Shown here: in pieces, positions 1 through 13,076 of the stretch
Position numbering within the stretch: the first letter of the stretch is position 1
Layout: each line of letters starts with the position of its first letter
From: Macrostomum lignano
Lineage: Eukaryota
Reading direction: 5' to 3'
Assembly: GCA_002269645.1 (NCBI GenBank)
Contig: NIVC01000265.1
Coordinates: forward strand, 13,441-77,440
Length of the DNA: 64,000 nt
Made by a program: the position numbers and the translations under genes
The notes under the pieces: generated by a model
Told to the model about the DNA's origin: nothing
Seen by the model: only the letters and a program-made list of their open reading frames with translations
The model's database searches: none

Positions 1-529
1 TAAAATAAAATGGTAGTTAAAATTTCAGGCAAAAAGTTGAACCATGATTAAAACTATTCAACTAAAAGACTGCCAGAATAATATTTCAGCAGGAGAAAAT
101 GCGCTGTATATTGTATGCGATGTACTTTAGAGAGTACATTGAGAACAAACTGAGATATATTGAGATTGGGAAATTAGTCAGCTGTTTCTAATCACAGAAT
201 TCCAGGTAGTTGCCTTCATTCGGGGCTATCTAAGGTCAATTTGAGCTGGAATTCTTTAAGGTCAATATTTAATTCTGCGCGAGTGTCACAGAGCATTGCT
301 AGTGAAAATGGTTAGGCTTATAAAATTGTCTTGTATCTGTCCCTGCCCTGCATTTTTAACCTAATTTATTTGGTGTAAAATATTTAAACCCCCTAGTTTA
401 AATTGGCTTATCTAAATAGGGCGCTCGCTCAATGGAAAAATGTAATTGCGTAAATGACCGGTCATGAAGAAGGTCATGCGAAGGACAATTGGTCATATAA
501 AATAAGTCAGTTCTTTTGTTTATGACTGA

Positions 530-810
530 TCATAAAATTGGTCATAGAGTTGCAATCACGGATCAAAAATTGGTCATGTGGATGCAATGATCGATCATAA
601 AATTGGTCAGATGGATGCAATGATCGATCATAAAATTGGTCAGATGGGTGCAATGACCAATCATAAAATTGGTCAGATGGATGCAATGATCGATCATAAA
701 ATTGGTCAGATGGATGCAATGATCGATCATAAAATTGGTCAGATGGATGCAATGATCGATCATAAAATTGGTCAGATGGATGCAATGACCGAGCATAAAA
801 TTGGTCATAG
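530..810. repeat. 33-bp minisatellite (cataaaattggtcagatggatgcaatgatcgat), about 8 copies, directly upstream of a kinase exon
   Basis: Unit read directly; produces the 11-aa periodic ORFs at 507-1082, 563-904 and 578-925. Confidence 0.95.
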
Positions 811-882
811 AGTTGCGATGACCAGTCATACCATAAGCCTCTATCACCCACCAAGCACCCCTCAAAATGACTGTCTTCGCAG

Positions 883-1702
883 CGCCCGAGATCATCATGG
901 GCAAGGGCTACAATCGCGCAGTTGACTACTGGGCTCTCGGTGTTCTCATCTACGAGATGCTGGTTGGAACTCCGCCATTTTACGACGACAGTCCCATGCA
1001 GATCTATCAAAAAATTCTCAATGGCCGGTTTGAGTTTCCCGTCTCGGCTCAAGCAGATCCTCAGGTTGGTATGATTTTCCATTTTTTAAAACAGTTTTCA
1101 TTCTGGTTTTATAAGTGATTTACAACAATGTTTTTCATACTCGTAGTTAGGAAGTCATTAATAATTCAAGTTGATTCTATCTAGAAAACGTTTGCTTTTT
1201 ACCTACTAATGTGTACCTACTATTTTTTTAAATTTTGTCTACTCTAAGTAGACAAAAGTAGACTTATAATTTTTTTTAAAGATTTAATTTAAAAAAGCGG
1301 TAACTTGTCTATTTAGTCTACTGTAAGTAAAAATAGAAACATTTTTAGAAAATTGTTTTTTTCAAAAACGGTAACTTGCCTTTTTAGTCTACTGTAAGTA
1401 GAAATATAAACATTTAACTGCTATTTACATCGCAGGCCCGCGATCTAGTCCGCAAACTGCTAGTCCAAGACCGAACTAAACGCCTTGGCAACATGAAAAG
1501 CGGCGCCGAGGACGTCCGCTCTCATCGCTGGTTCCGCGGCCTCGACTGGGACCAGGTCTATTCGAGGAAACTGGCGCCGCCCATCGTGCCGCAGGTGCAG
1601 CACCCGGGCGACACCAGCTGCTACGACAAGTACGAGGAGCAGGACTGGAAACGGGTGCCCTCGTCCAGCGCCATCGGCCAGGAGTATTTTCGTGACTTCT
1701 AA
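883..1702 (+). CDS. PRKX: PRKX / PKA catalytic-subunit-like AGC kinase, last two exons (883-1064, 1436-1702); 5' part lies outside the window
   Basis: [34 protein letters not shown], then [33 protein letters not shown]...PPIVP...GDTS, ending FRDF* (FxxF). Acceptors ttcgcag|883 and atcgcag|1436; donor CAG|gttggt after 1064, phase 0 join. Confidence 0.9.
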
Positions 1703-1861
1703 ATATTGGCCTCGATTGGATTGATTGATTAACAGACGATAGATTGATAGAGACTCAAAACAGCACCAATGGTCCGCGATCTGATTGATGTATTCATTTT
1801 TTTGTCTAACTTTTAGGAATTTCGTTGATTTGTTTCTTTTTAGACTAATAATAATTGATTT

Positions 1862-2070
1862 CACCTGCCCTAATAGGCAGACATGTGACAGCTCAGCCGC
1901 AGCTATTGACAAGGACTGGGGGGTTGCCACACACGCCCTCAATTACCCCAGCTAATGCTGGCACCCATTTTACAGCTAAGTGAGCTGAAGCAATGCAGAG
2001 TTCAAGTGTCTTGCTCTCAAGGACACAGATTGTTCCGAGTGGGTCAAGAATCGAACCCCCGACCTTTCAG
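1862..2070 (-). mobile_element. tRNA-headed CORE-type SINE, family A, 5'-truncated
   Basis: Reverse complement of 36750-36975: B box ggttcgattc and CORE-like gtgtccttgagagcaagacac...gctgtaaaatgggt. Lacks an internal segment of about 38 bp present in the other copy. Confidence 0.8.
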
Positions 2071-3272
2071 GGTAAATGTTTAGATCCATAAAAGTGCTTT
2101 ATAATATTCAACTTTCTTAAACTATTGTATAACTGTTCAAGTCTATAACTTGTGTAAACAGCTGAACATATTGAATACTGGCGTCGTGAATTGCAGATTG
2201 CAAACTATTATTTATCACCCATTGCACTTGCATCAGGACCAAAGCAGCCTTGAGTCAATCGATAAATGATTAATAATTTTCTTTTCTAATTATAGGCCAT
2301 CTTTGTGTATATATATAATATCATTTTGAATATGAATTCTGCAACTATAACAAATGCAATTAACAATTCGTGCAAATATTGGAATATGCAATCAAACAAT
2401 ATAATTTCTCAGTCACAATTTTCTTCTATTGAGCTTTTCTGTTTATCAGATTGTTTATTGTTTAATCTGGCTTCTAAATAGTGAAACTTGATAAATAAAC
2501 GAAATGCGTTTTTTGTTTCTTTTTCTAAATTTTTGCCTTCATAACAAAAATTTGCGCCAAAGATTTGTTGTTGAATTTGTTTTTTTTTCCTGTCTCCCTG
2601 TTTGAATTTTGGCCTGCATGTTTTGTTATAATTTGTGTAAGTTTTATAATCTGCAATTTATTGAAGGTTGTCACCCGTTGGATTGTTCATGAATGGCAGT
2701 TTACCAAATTTCTATGGTCAAAATATTCTTTATTCAATGTACTTATGCCAGGTATGTAGGTTTGCTGTGCCCCCCCCCCCTACCTCAAATAATCTTTGCT
2801 TCAATTATAATCTTATAATCAATTTTCAATCCCTTCGTTAACAAGCGGTTTATTTGGTTGTAAATTTTACCGAAATTTTCTTATAGCCTACTGACTATAT
2901 TCAAGTAGTATCGTAGCCTTTTCTCCCTCAAATGTACTTACAAATTAAAAAGTACTATATGATTTTTGCCTATGTATCACTTAAAACCTATGCAGATTAT
3001 TTTAGTATTTATTTACAAATATATGTTGCAAAAAAACGTATCTAACATTGCGTACAGATCTCTGACTGACCTGTTCTAAAAATATAAATTGAAACAAACT
3101 GTAATCCATTTAAACCGACTTTATTTTTATTTTTTATTTAAATAATAATACACAAAAGACTTACAACAATTGTCTGTAAAATATTGTATAAGCATGAGAT
3201 AACAGCATTGTGTAGTACTGTACTGTCTTTGTAGCCTTACTTAATCGATATTGACAGCCTTGAGTTGTGGTC

Positions 3273-6214
3273 TTATGCTCGCTTGTCTTGGCGTGCCTGC
3301 GAAAAGCAGAAGTTTATTGATTCTCTGTGTGAGTTCATAACTCGATGTGGGATCAAAACCCTGAAAAATCTCATCTCAAATCGATGGAAGTCCTACAAAA
3401 TTTCATCTCAAATCAATCAAAACCCTACAAAATCTCACCTCAAATCGATCAAAATCTTACAAAATCTCATCTCAAAGTGATCAAAGTCCTACAGAATCTC
3501 ATCTCAAATCAATCAAAACCCTACAAAATCTCACCTCAAATCGATCAAAATCTTACAAAATCTCATCTCAAATCGATCAAAATCTTACAAAATCTCATCG
3601 CAAATTAATCAAAACCCTACAAAATCTTATCCCAAACTGATCAATTTGGCTCACCTCCAGCGACCTCTGCCACTCGACCCTGTAGTAGCTCCACCGCGGC
3701 TTGTCGTTGATGTTGCAGAGCTGCAGGCAGCGCACTGGTTGCTGGCCAAACTGGCTGTACATCAGCGGCATCCACAGATCGTCTTGGATTTTCAGGCCTC
3801 CTGAGAATTTTGAGTTTTTATGTCCCTGTTAGATTTCAGTTGACACCTGTTAGATTTTGATTGTCACATGTTAGGTTTTGGTCGTCACCTGTTAGATTTT
3901 GGTTGTCACTTGTTAGATTTTTATTGTTACCTGTTAAATTTTGGTTTTCACCTGTTAGATTTTGGTTGTCACCTGTTAGGTTTTGGTTGACCCCTGTTAG
4001 ATTTTGATTGTCACCTGTTAAATTTTGATTGCCACCTGTTAGATTTTGGTTGTCACATGTTAGATTTTGAATGTCACATGTTAGATTTTGAATGTCACAT
4101 GTTAGATTTTGAATGTCGCATGTTAGATTTTGATTGTCACCTGTTAGATTTTGGTTGACACCTGTTAGATTTTGATTGTCATCCGTTAAATTTTGATTGC
4201 CACCTGTTAAATTTTGGTTTTAACCTGTTAGATTTTGGTTGACACCTATTAGATTTTGGTGGTATCTGTTAGATTTTGGTGGTATCTGTTAGATTTTGGT
4301 GGTATCTGTTAGATTTTGGTGGTATCTGTTAGATTTTGCGGGCACCAGTTAGTCTCAGCTGTAAACCTGAGCCCAAATCCTCAGCCCTATGCACTCACTC
4401 GCAACCTGATCTTCGTTATACTTAAACACCGTGATCTGGCCAACGAAGCTTTTCTGCGGCAGCACGTGGACCCCAGACGCCAACAGGGCGCTTCGAATTG
4501 TGGCTGAAATATGAAAGTGATAATTATTTGACAGGTACCTTATTAGATAATTATGTAACAGGTAGCTCCAATGTTTAATTATAATGATCGCTACTAACTG
4601 GACACATCTTTGAGAGTTCGCAGAGCGTCATCGTTGAACACCTGCATGTACAGTTCCGTCTCGTTCAGCAGTCCGAGTCCTTGGAAGGTCAGCACGAGGC
4701 CGTCTTGTACTAAACGGCTGATTTTGTCGTGGTAGAGATCGAGGATGTGCTTCACCCTGAGGAGCAACACGCGAATGACATCAGACGCAATAGAGAGGCG
4801 GTTTTTTGAGGTCTGAGCTTCAGGGGCGATTTTGGTTCAGGTTGGAGCTTCAGGGGCGATTTTGGTTCAGGTTGGAGCTTCAGGGGCGATTTTGGTTCAG
4901 GTTGGAGCTTCAGGGGCGATTTTGGCTCAGGTTGGAGCTTCAGGGGCGATTTTGGTTCAGGTTGGAGCTTCAGGGGCGATTTTGCTTCAGGTTGGAGCTT
5001 CAGGGGCGATTTTGATTCAGGTTGGAGCTTCAGGGGCGATTTTGCTTCAGGTTGGAGCTTCAGGGGCGATTTTGATTCAGGTTGGAGCTTCAGGGGCGAT
5101 TTTGATTCAGGTTGGAGCTTCAGGGGCGATTTTGGTTCAGGTTGGAGCTTCAGGACATGTACATGTATTCCGACGTTACTGATCTATTAAATATTGAAGC
5201 GATCAACATAGTCACAAGATGTTTAGGAAGTGACCATGAATTATAATTACTTTTCCATCTCCTCGTCAGTTCGAATGCACAGATTTGCTACGAGCAGGTG
5301 AGTTGAGTACAGATCAACCATGGCTTTGCGCAGATCGTGTTTCTGATAGAACGCATTGGTGTAGATTGTCTCCTGCAGTTTGCGCATCGCGTCCACAATC
5401 TGCAGTTTCGTGGTATCGAATAATTGTTTTTTTGGCAGATTGTTTGATAGACCTTGTACTGTCTGACTTAGCTATGCATGTCTGTGAGAGTCTTCATAAT
5501 AGCATTTCTATAGTGTAATATCTGTGTTGAGTCTATAGAATAACATCTCTATAGTGTAATATCTGTGTTGAGTCTACAGAATAGCATCTCTATAGTGTAA
5601 TATCTGTGTTGAGTCTACAGAATAGCATCTCTATAGTGTAATATCTGTGTTGAGTCTACAGAATAGCATCTCTATAGTGTAATATCTGTGACAGTCTACA
5701 GAATAGCATCTCTATAGTGTAATATCTGTGTTGAGTCTACAGAATAGCATCTCTATAGTGTAATATCTGTGTTGAGTCTACAGAATAGCATCTCTATAGT
5801 GTAATATCTGTGACAGTCTACAGAATAGCATCTCTATAGTGTAATATCAGTGACAGTTTACAGAATAGCATCTCTATAGTGTAATATCTGTGACAGTCTA
5901 CAGAATAGCATCTCTATAGTGTAATATCTGTGACAGTCTACAGAATAGCATCTCTATAGTGTAATATCTGTGACAGTCTACAGAATAACATCTATGATAC
6001 ATGTAGTTGTGACAATCTATAGAACGTTACATCACAAATACAATACGCTCGTACATATACAAAAACAGCTGTTGTGACTGCACTGTCTATAAAAGTAGCG
6101 TTTCAGTAATTTATTAAGCTCTAAATATTAAAGCTCAAATTTAAGTGAGCTACTGCCACACATTACCTGTTGATTGTTGACTGGAAAGCAAATAATATGA
6201 GTTGTCTCTCGCAT
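3273..6214 (-). CDS. AKAP7-like 2H-phosphoesterase (LigT-like) fold protein, about 209 aa; exons 6214-6167, 5399-5251, 4756-4599, 4503-4399, 3800-3655, 3296-3273
   Basis: Five GT-AG introns with matching phases (0,2,1,1,0) give MRETTHIICFPVNNQQIVDAMRKLQETI...KAMVDLYSTHLLVANL...LVLTFQGLGLLN...SFVGQITVFKY...SQFGQQPVRCLQLCNI...YYRVEW. This follows the AKAP7 central-domain pattern (AMV..H, LTFQGLG, FGQQ.V..I.LC, YY.V) as I recall it. Confidence 0.85.
3350..3640. repeat. 32-bp minisatellite in intron 5 of the AKAP7-like gene
   Basis: Unit aaaatctcatctcaaatcaatcaaaaccctac, about 9 diverged copies. Confidence 0.9.
3830..4338. repeat. 21-bp minisatellite in intron 4 of the AKAP7-like gene
   Basis: Unit cacctgttagattttggttgt, about 24 copies. 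Confidence 0.95.
4810..5153. repeat. 30-bp minisatellite in intron 2 of the AKAP7-like gene
   Basis: Unit gttggagcttcaggggcgattttggttcag, about 11 copies. Confidence 0.95.
5500..5995. repeat. 40-41-bp minisatellite in intron 1 of the AKAP7-like gene
   Basis: Unit tagcatctctatagtgtaatatctgtgttgagtctacagaa, about 12 copies; later copies use a 40-bp variant. Confidence 0.95.
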
Positions 6215-7035
6215 TGTTAACTAATTAATTAATTAGTTAGTTAAATTGCCTGTTGGATTTGAACCTGTGAACTTGTACAGTTTGAGAGCTACGCAACTTT
6301 CTGCAACCAGGTGTGCTTGCAAGCATTTAAGCTGGGCTGCACCTTCTTATCGCTGAGAAACTTTTCTACCCAAACCCGTCTGGCCCCGGCAGTTGCTAGG
6401 GGCCACCATTCTTACAGATTGCATTCTATACAGCTTCTATATAGTCATTTCCATTTCTGCAGAGCTGCATAAAATGGATGGAAATTGCACTTAGTAAGGC
6501 ATTTTCTCTGTCAGCTCTTTACCTCTCCCGACGGGCGCTCGGCCTCGCCCTCAGCCTCAGTCTGCATCATGCCTTTATAAAAGTTTTTGCCAATTTTAGC
6601 TGCAGAAATTGTGATGGGGCTTTTTTATACATGTATACCCTGCCGTTCCGGACTAGACTGAAAAAGTGCATCCCAAAATAGATTGTTATATTAGTATAGA
6701 AGCTATTTTGAATTCTGTAACCCATAAGAAAGTTTTAAATACGTGTAATTAATTTAAATCTACGCAACAAAAAAGGTACCATGCACACTCTTTCGTACAG
6801 CACTACTCGTTGGCCATCAGCAGTAGTAAAGCCAGGAACATATTTTACTTATAGTTTTACAATCGAAACGATTTCAGGGCGTTATTCGCCGTGAAAATCT
6901 TGTGAGAATATTCTCACGCCTTGCTTAAACCGTATATTATTCAGAACACTGCCATTAGATGGAGTCACTATGTGTAACAAAAAGTAGAACTCAACACTTT
7001 GAGCAAAACATATAATCAGACTCAAATCTGAAACC

Positions 7036-10000
7036 ATGGGCGCCAGATCGACAAAAGCTAAAATACTTCGCTGGTTGGTTTTTATGGGCGGCGTCAGCGC
7101 TTTGATCTCCGGTATTGGATCCTTGATCTTGAATTTCTGGCGTATGGGAGAGTGCAGCACCAATTCTGCATGCAAGTGGCACCAGGGAATGCCGTGGACT
7201 TATCACAGCTACGTCGGTGAGTCTGCGCTAGTGAGCAAATATAATGTTCAGGGTGAAGATTGCAGCCTCAGTCCTGATTATTCAGGGTGAAGATTGCAGC
7301 CTCAGTCCTGATTATTCAGGGTGAAGATTGTAGCCTCGAGTCCTGATTATTCAGGGTGAAGATTGCAGCCTCAGTCCTGATTATTCAGGGTGAAGATTGC
7401 AGCCTCAGTCCTGATTATTCAGGGTGAAGATTGCAGCCTCAGTCCTGATTATTCAGGGTGAAGATTGTAGCCTCACTCCTGATTATTCAGGGTGAAGATT
7501 GTAGCCTCAGTCCTGATTATTCAGGGTGAAGATTGTAGCCTCAGTCCTGATTAATCAGGGTGAAGATTGTAGCCTCAGTCCTGATTATTCAGGGTGAAGA
7601 TTGTAGCCTCAGTCCTGATTATTCAGGGTGAAGATTGCAGCCTCAGTCCTGATTATTCAGGGTGAAGATTGCAGCCTCACTCCTGATTATTCAGGGTGAA
7701 GATTGCAGCCTCAGTCCTGATTATTCAGGGTGAAGATTGTAGCCTCAGTCCTGATTATTCAGGGTGAAGATTGTAGCCTCAGTCCTGATTATTCAGGGTG
7801 AAGATTGTAGCCTCAGTCCTGATTATTCAGGGTGAAGATTGTAGCCTCACTCCTGATTATTCAGGGTGAAGATTGCAGCCTCACTCCTGATTATTCAGGG
7901 TGAAGATTGCAGCCTCACTCCTGATTATTCAGGGTGAAGATTGCAGCCTCAGTCCTGATTATTCAGGGTGAAGATTGCAGCCTCAGTCCTGATTATTCAG
8001 GGTGAAGATTGTAGCCTCAGTCCTGATTATTCAGGGTGAAGATTGTAGCCTCAGTCCTGATTATTCAGGGTGAAGATTGTAGCCTCAGTCCTGATTATTC
8101 AGGGTGAAGATTGTAGCCTCAGTCCTGATTATTCAGGGTGAAGATTGTAGCCTCAGTCCTGATTATTCAGGGTGAAGATTGTAGCCTCAGTCCTGAATAT
8201 TCAGGGTGAAGATTGTAGCCTCAGTCCTGATTATTCAGGGTGAAGATTGTAGCCTCAGTCCTGATTATTCAGGGTGAAGATTGTAGCCTCAGTCCTGATT
8301 ATTCAGGGTGAAGATTGTAGCCTCAGTCCTGAATATTCAGGGTGAAGATTGTAGCCTCAGTCCTGATTATTCAGGGTGAAGATTGCAGCCTCAGTCCTGA
8401 TTATTCAGGGTAAAGATTTTAGGCTCAGTCCTGATTATTCAGGGTGAAGATTGCAGCCTCAGTCCTGATTATTCAGGGTGAAGATTGTAGCCTCAGTCCT
8501 GATTATTCAGGGTGAAGATTGTAGCCTTGAGTCCTGATTATTCAGGGTGAGATTGTAGCCTCAGTCCTGAATATTCAGGGTGAAGATTGTAGCCTCAGTC
8601 CTGATTATTCAGGGTGAAGATTGTAGCCTCAGTCCTGAATATTCAGGGTGAAGATTGTAGCCTCAGTCCTGAATATTCAGGGTGAAGATTGTAGCCTCAG
8701 TCCTGATTATTCAGGGTGAAGATTGTAGCCTCAGTCCTGAATATTCAGGGTGAAGATTGTAGCCTCACTCCTGATTATTCAGGGTGAAGATTGTAGCCTC
8801 AGTCCTGATTATTCAGGGTGAAGATTGCAGCCTCAGTCCTGATTATTCAGGGTGAAGATTGTAGCCTCAGTCCTGATTATTCAGGGTGAAGATTGTAGCC
8901 TCACTCCTGATTATTCAGGGTGAAGATTGTAGCCTCAGTCCTGATTATTCAGGGTGAAGATTGTAGCCTCAGTCCTGATTATTCAGGGTGAAGATTGTAG
9001 CCTCACTCCTGATTATTCAGGGTGAAGATTGTAGCCTCAGTCCTGAATATTCAGGGTGAAGATTGCAGCCTCAGTCCTGATTATTCAGGGTGAAGATTGT
9101 AGCCTCAGTCCTGATTATTCAGGGTGAAGATTGCAGCCTCAGTCCTGATTATTCAGGGTGAAGATTGTAGCCTCAGTCATGAATATTCAGGGTGAAGATT
9201 GCAGCCTCAGTCCTGATTATTCAGGGTAAAGATTTTAGGCTCAGTCCTGAATATTCAGGGTGAAGATTGCAGCCTCAGTCCTGACAATATTCAGGGTCAA
9301 GATTGCGGCCTCAGTCCTGACAATATTCAGGGTCAAGATTGCGGCCTCAGTCCTGACAATATTCAGGGTCAAGATTGCAGCCTCAATCCTGACAATATTC
9401 AGGGTGAAGATTGCAGGCTCAGACCTGAGTATTCAGGATGAAGTTTGTAGTCTTAGTCATGAATATTCAGGATGAAGTTTGTAGTCTTAGTCATGAATAT
9501 TCAGGATTAAGATTGTAGTCTTAGTCCTGAATATTCAGGATGAAGTTTGTAGTCTTAGTCCTGAATATTCAGGATGAAGTTTGTAGTCTTAGTCATGAAT
9601 ATTCAGGATGAAGTTTGTAGTCTTAGTCATGAACATTCAGGATGAAGTTTGTAGTCTTAGTCATGAATATTCAGGATGAAGTTTGTAGTCTTAGTCATGA
9701 ATATTCAGAATGAAGACTAACAACCAAAGTTTGTAAAACTCTACCAAGAATTCTGGTTAGTTTGGTAGACTCTCCAAATATTCAATTTTTATTGCTTGCA
9801 GCTTAATAATAATGATGAAGAGCAACCGCAAATAAATAATTGCAATCAATCCGCAGCATTCCCATTGGCGGTGCTGATATTTGCTGTCCTGTCCCTGCTG
9901 GTAGTCCTGGTCGTGATAATCATTGTCCTAGTAGAGCTGTGCACTCCAAGAGTTAAACTCAACGTTCGAGTCATGTGGTCGGTCGTGATCCTGCTAATCG

Positions 10001-10188
10001 TGTCAGGTGTACTGTTCCTCATCACCTGGATTCTGTACATCATCTGGTCGGACTATCAAGGAGGCTACCCGGCATTCAGCTTCTGGTTCTGGGTGATGGC
10101 CAATATAAATTTATTCCTGAGCGCCCCGGTGTACCGGCTGGCTATGAAGTGGGACGAGCAGCGCGGCACCAAACGAGGATTCCGTTGA
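7036..10188 (+). CDS. Claudin/PMP22/EMP-like four-TM protein, about 170 aa; exons 7036-7216 and 9857-10188
   Basis: Donor G|gtgagt (phase 1) fits acceptor aatccgcag|9857. TM1, a loop with W and two Cys (FWRMGECSTNSAC), three further hydrophobic helices, PAFSFW before TM4, short basic tail. Confidence 0.7.
7245..9715. repeat. 34-bp minisatellite filling the tetraspan-gene intron, with 36-bp and diverged 34-bp zones at the 3' end
   Basis: gattgtagcctcagtcctgattattcagggtgaa x about 60 to ~9280, then tcctgacaatattcagggtcaagattgcggcctcag, then gaatattcaggatgaagtttgtagtcttagtcat. Confidence 0.97.
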
Positions 10189-10899
10189 CTTTTTTCTGAC
10201 TAACAAACAATATTAAACTGCCGAGTGATCAACATGCTACTCATAACAGTAATATAACAAGATAAAGCAACAATTCTAAATGATAAAAATTCACTCAAAA
10301 ATTGCTGAAATTAAAACTAACACTTGATCACCATTTAGATTGTGTTCGATATGTACACGGGCGATGCAATTCCTAAAATAAATATTCAACTACTTTTTTC
10401 GTATTTTTGTTTTTCATATTAATTTTCTAAAAACACATAGAGTAAAGAACACGGATTATTGCAAGTAATATAGTGGATTTAATGTTGATTTTTTTTCAAT
10501 AGACGTATATATTTACAGCGATTGATGCTTGAAAATTTGTGTCAAAAAGTTTGATAGACATGAAAATGGAGAACATTTTACTTGTGTGTGTATATATATA
10601 TATATATATGAAACATTATTTATTTTATTATAATAAATGCCCTAGAAAAATACAAAGACCGAATATAAAAAATATTGTTGAACTAGCTTATAAAAAACTG
10701 ACTTTTTAAAAATCATATTCAGCTGCCACTACTATAAGACATCCAAATGCGGTGTTAATAAAATAAAATTCAATTTAGTTTAGGAAGTGTAAGTTTAACA
10801 AACGGGCATTTGGCAAATGCACAGCTATAAATTGGCTAAAATGTAGAGATTAAAACATGGGAAAGGCCAGAGAGATAAGAGATAAGAGAAAGAGAGACT

Positions 10900-12690
10900 G
10901 AGATAAGATCTGAAACTGAGATGAGAGGCCTTAGACAGAGATTAGAGATATCAAATCAAGATAAGAGATATCAGACTGCAATCAGAGATCTCAGACTAAG
11001 AAGAGAGATCTCAGACTAAGATGAGAGATGTCTGTCAGACTAAGATAAGATATGTCAGACTAAGATGAGAGATCTCAGACTAAGAAGAGAGATCTCAGAC
11101 TAAGATGAGAGATGTCTGTCAGACTAAGATAAGAGATGTCAGACTAAGATGAGAGATCTCAGACTAAGATAAGAGATTTCAGACTAAGATGAGAGATCTC
11201 AGACTAAGATGATACATGTCAGACTAAGATGAGAGATCTCAGACTAAGATGAGAGATGTCTGTCAGACTAAGATAAGAGATGTCAGACTAAGATGAGAGA
11301 TCTCAGACTAAGATAAGAGATTTCAGACTAAGATGAGAGATCTCAGACTAAGATGATATATGTCAGACTAAGATGAGAGATCTCAGACTAAGAAGAGAGA
11401 TCTCAGACTAAGATGAGAGATGTCTGTCAGACTAAGATAAGAGATGTCAGACTAAGATGAGAGATGTTAGACTAAGATGAGAGATCTCAGACTAAGATGA
11501 GAGATCTCAGACTAAGATGAGAGATGTCAGACTAAGATGAGAGATCTCAGACTAAGAAGAGAGATCTCAGACTAAGATGAGAGATGTCTGTCAGACTAAG
11601 ATAAGAGATGTCAGACTAAGATGAGAGATCTCAGACTAAGATAAGAGATTTCAGACTAAGATGAGAGATCTCAGACTAAGATGATACATGTCAGACTAAG
11701 ATGAGAGATCTCAGACTAAGATGAGAGATGTCTGTCAGACTAAGATAAGAGATGTCAGACTAAGATGAGAGATCTCAGACTAAGAAGAGAGATCTCAGAC
11801 TAAGATGAGAGATGTCTGTCAGACTAAGATAAGAGATGTCAGACTAAGATGAGAGATGTTAGACTAAGAAGAGAGATCTCAGACTAAGATGAGAGATGTC
11901 TGTCAGACTAAGATAAGAGATGTCAGACTAAGATGAGAGATGTCAGACTAAGATAAGAGATGTCAGACTAAGATGAGAGATCTCAGACTAAGATAAGAGA
12001 TTTCAGACTAAGATGAGAGATCTCAGACTAAGATAAGAGATTTCAGACTAAGATGAGAGATCTCAGACTAAGATGATACATGTCAGACTAAGATGAGAGA
12101 TCTCAGACTAAGAAGAGAGATCTCAGACTAAGATGAGAGATGTCTGTCAGACTAAGATAAGAGATGTCAGACTAAGATGAGAGATGTTAGACTAAGATGA
12201 GAGATCTCAGACTAAGATGAGAGATCTCAGACTAAGATGAGAGATGTCGACTAAGATGAGAGATCTCAGACTAAGATGAGAGATCTCAGACTAAGATGAG
12301 AGATCTCAGACTAAGATGAGAGATCTCAGACTAAGATGAGAGATCTCAGACTAAGAAGAGAGATCTCAGACTAAGATGAGAGATGTCTGTCAGACTAAGA
12401 TAAGAGATGTCAGACTAAGATAAGAGATGTCAGACTAAGATGAGAGATCTCAGACTAAGATGAGAGATCTCAGACTAAGATGATACATGTCAGACTAAGA
12501 TGAGAGATCTCAGACTAAGATGAGAGATGTCAGACTAAGATGAGAGATCTCAGACTAAGATGATACATGTCAGACTAAGATGAGAGATCTCAGACTAAGA
12601 AGAGAGATCTCAGACTAAGAAGAGAGATCTCAGACTAAGATGAGAGATCTCAGACTAAGATGAGAGATGTCAGACTAAGATAAGAGATCT
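10900..12690. repeat. 20-bp minisatellite (cagactaagatgagagatct) with 24-bp variants, between convergent genes
   Basis: Directly visible; about 85 copies. Confidence 0.97.
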
Positions 12691-13076
12691 GGGAGAGATA
12701 AAAGCCGCCAAAGTGAGATTGTAAACAGCTCTCACAAGAGACGCAGCTAAAAACTTACGGACGCAACACAAAAGTAAGAGTACATTTTTGCAGTTCAAAA
12801 CAGATGTAAAAAGGCAGACTAATTAATTAGAAATTTTATACAGAACTAAACAGATACAATAATATTGCTAAACAGTTCACACATGAAGTAAGCAACAAGC
12901 TACTGACAACAAGTAATACGGTATATGGCACTAATTATTCTTCTTTGCAAAAAAGAATGGTAAAATGTCCTAATTTCTACTCACGCGACTGAGTAGGCTA
13001 GTGAGGACATGGATTTTTCTTTTTAGAATTTTATAATAATTGATAAGTATTGATGGGTGATAATTACGCATAATTG

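Noticed and set aside
507-925. ORFs with 11-aa repeats (DHKIGQMDAMI, DRSLHPSDQFY)
   Set aside because: Translations of the 33-bp intronic minisatellite.
7245-12690. CRISPR-like regular repeats
   Set aside because: No unique spacers; head-to-tail tandem units in a eukaryotic context.
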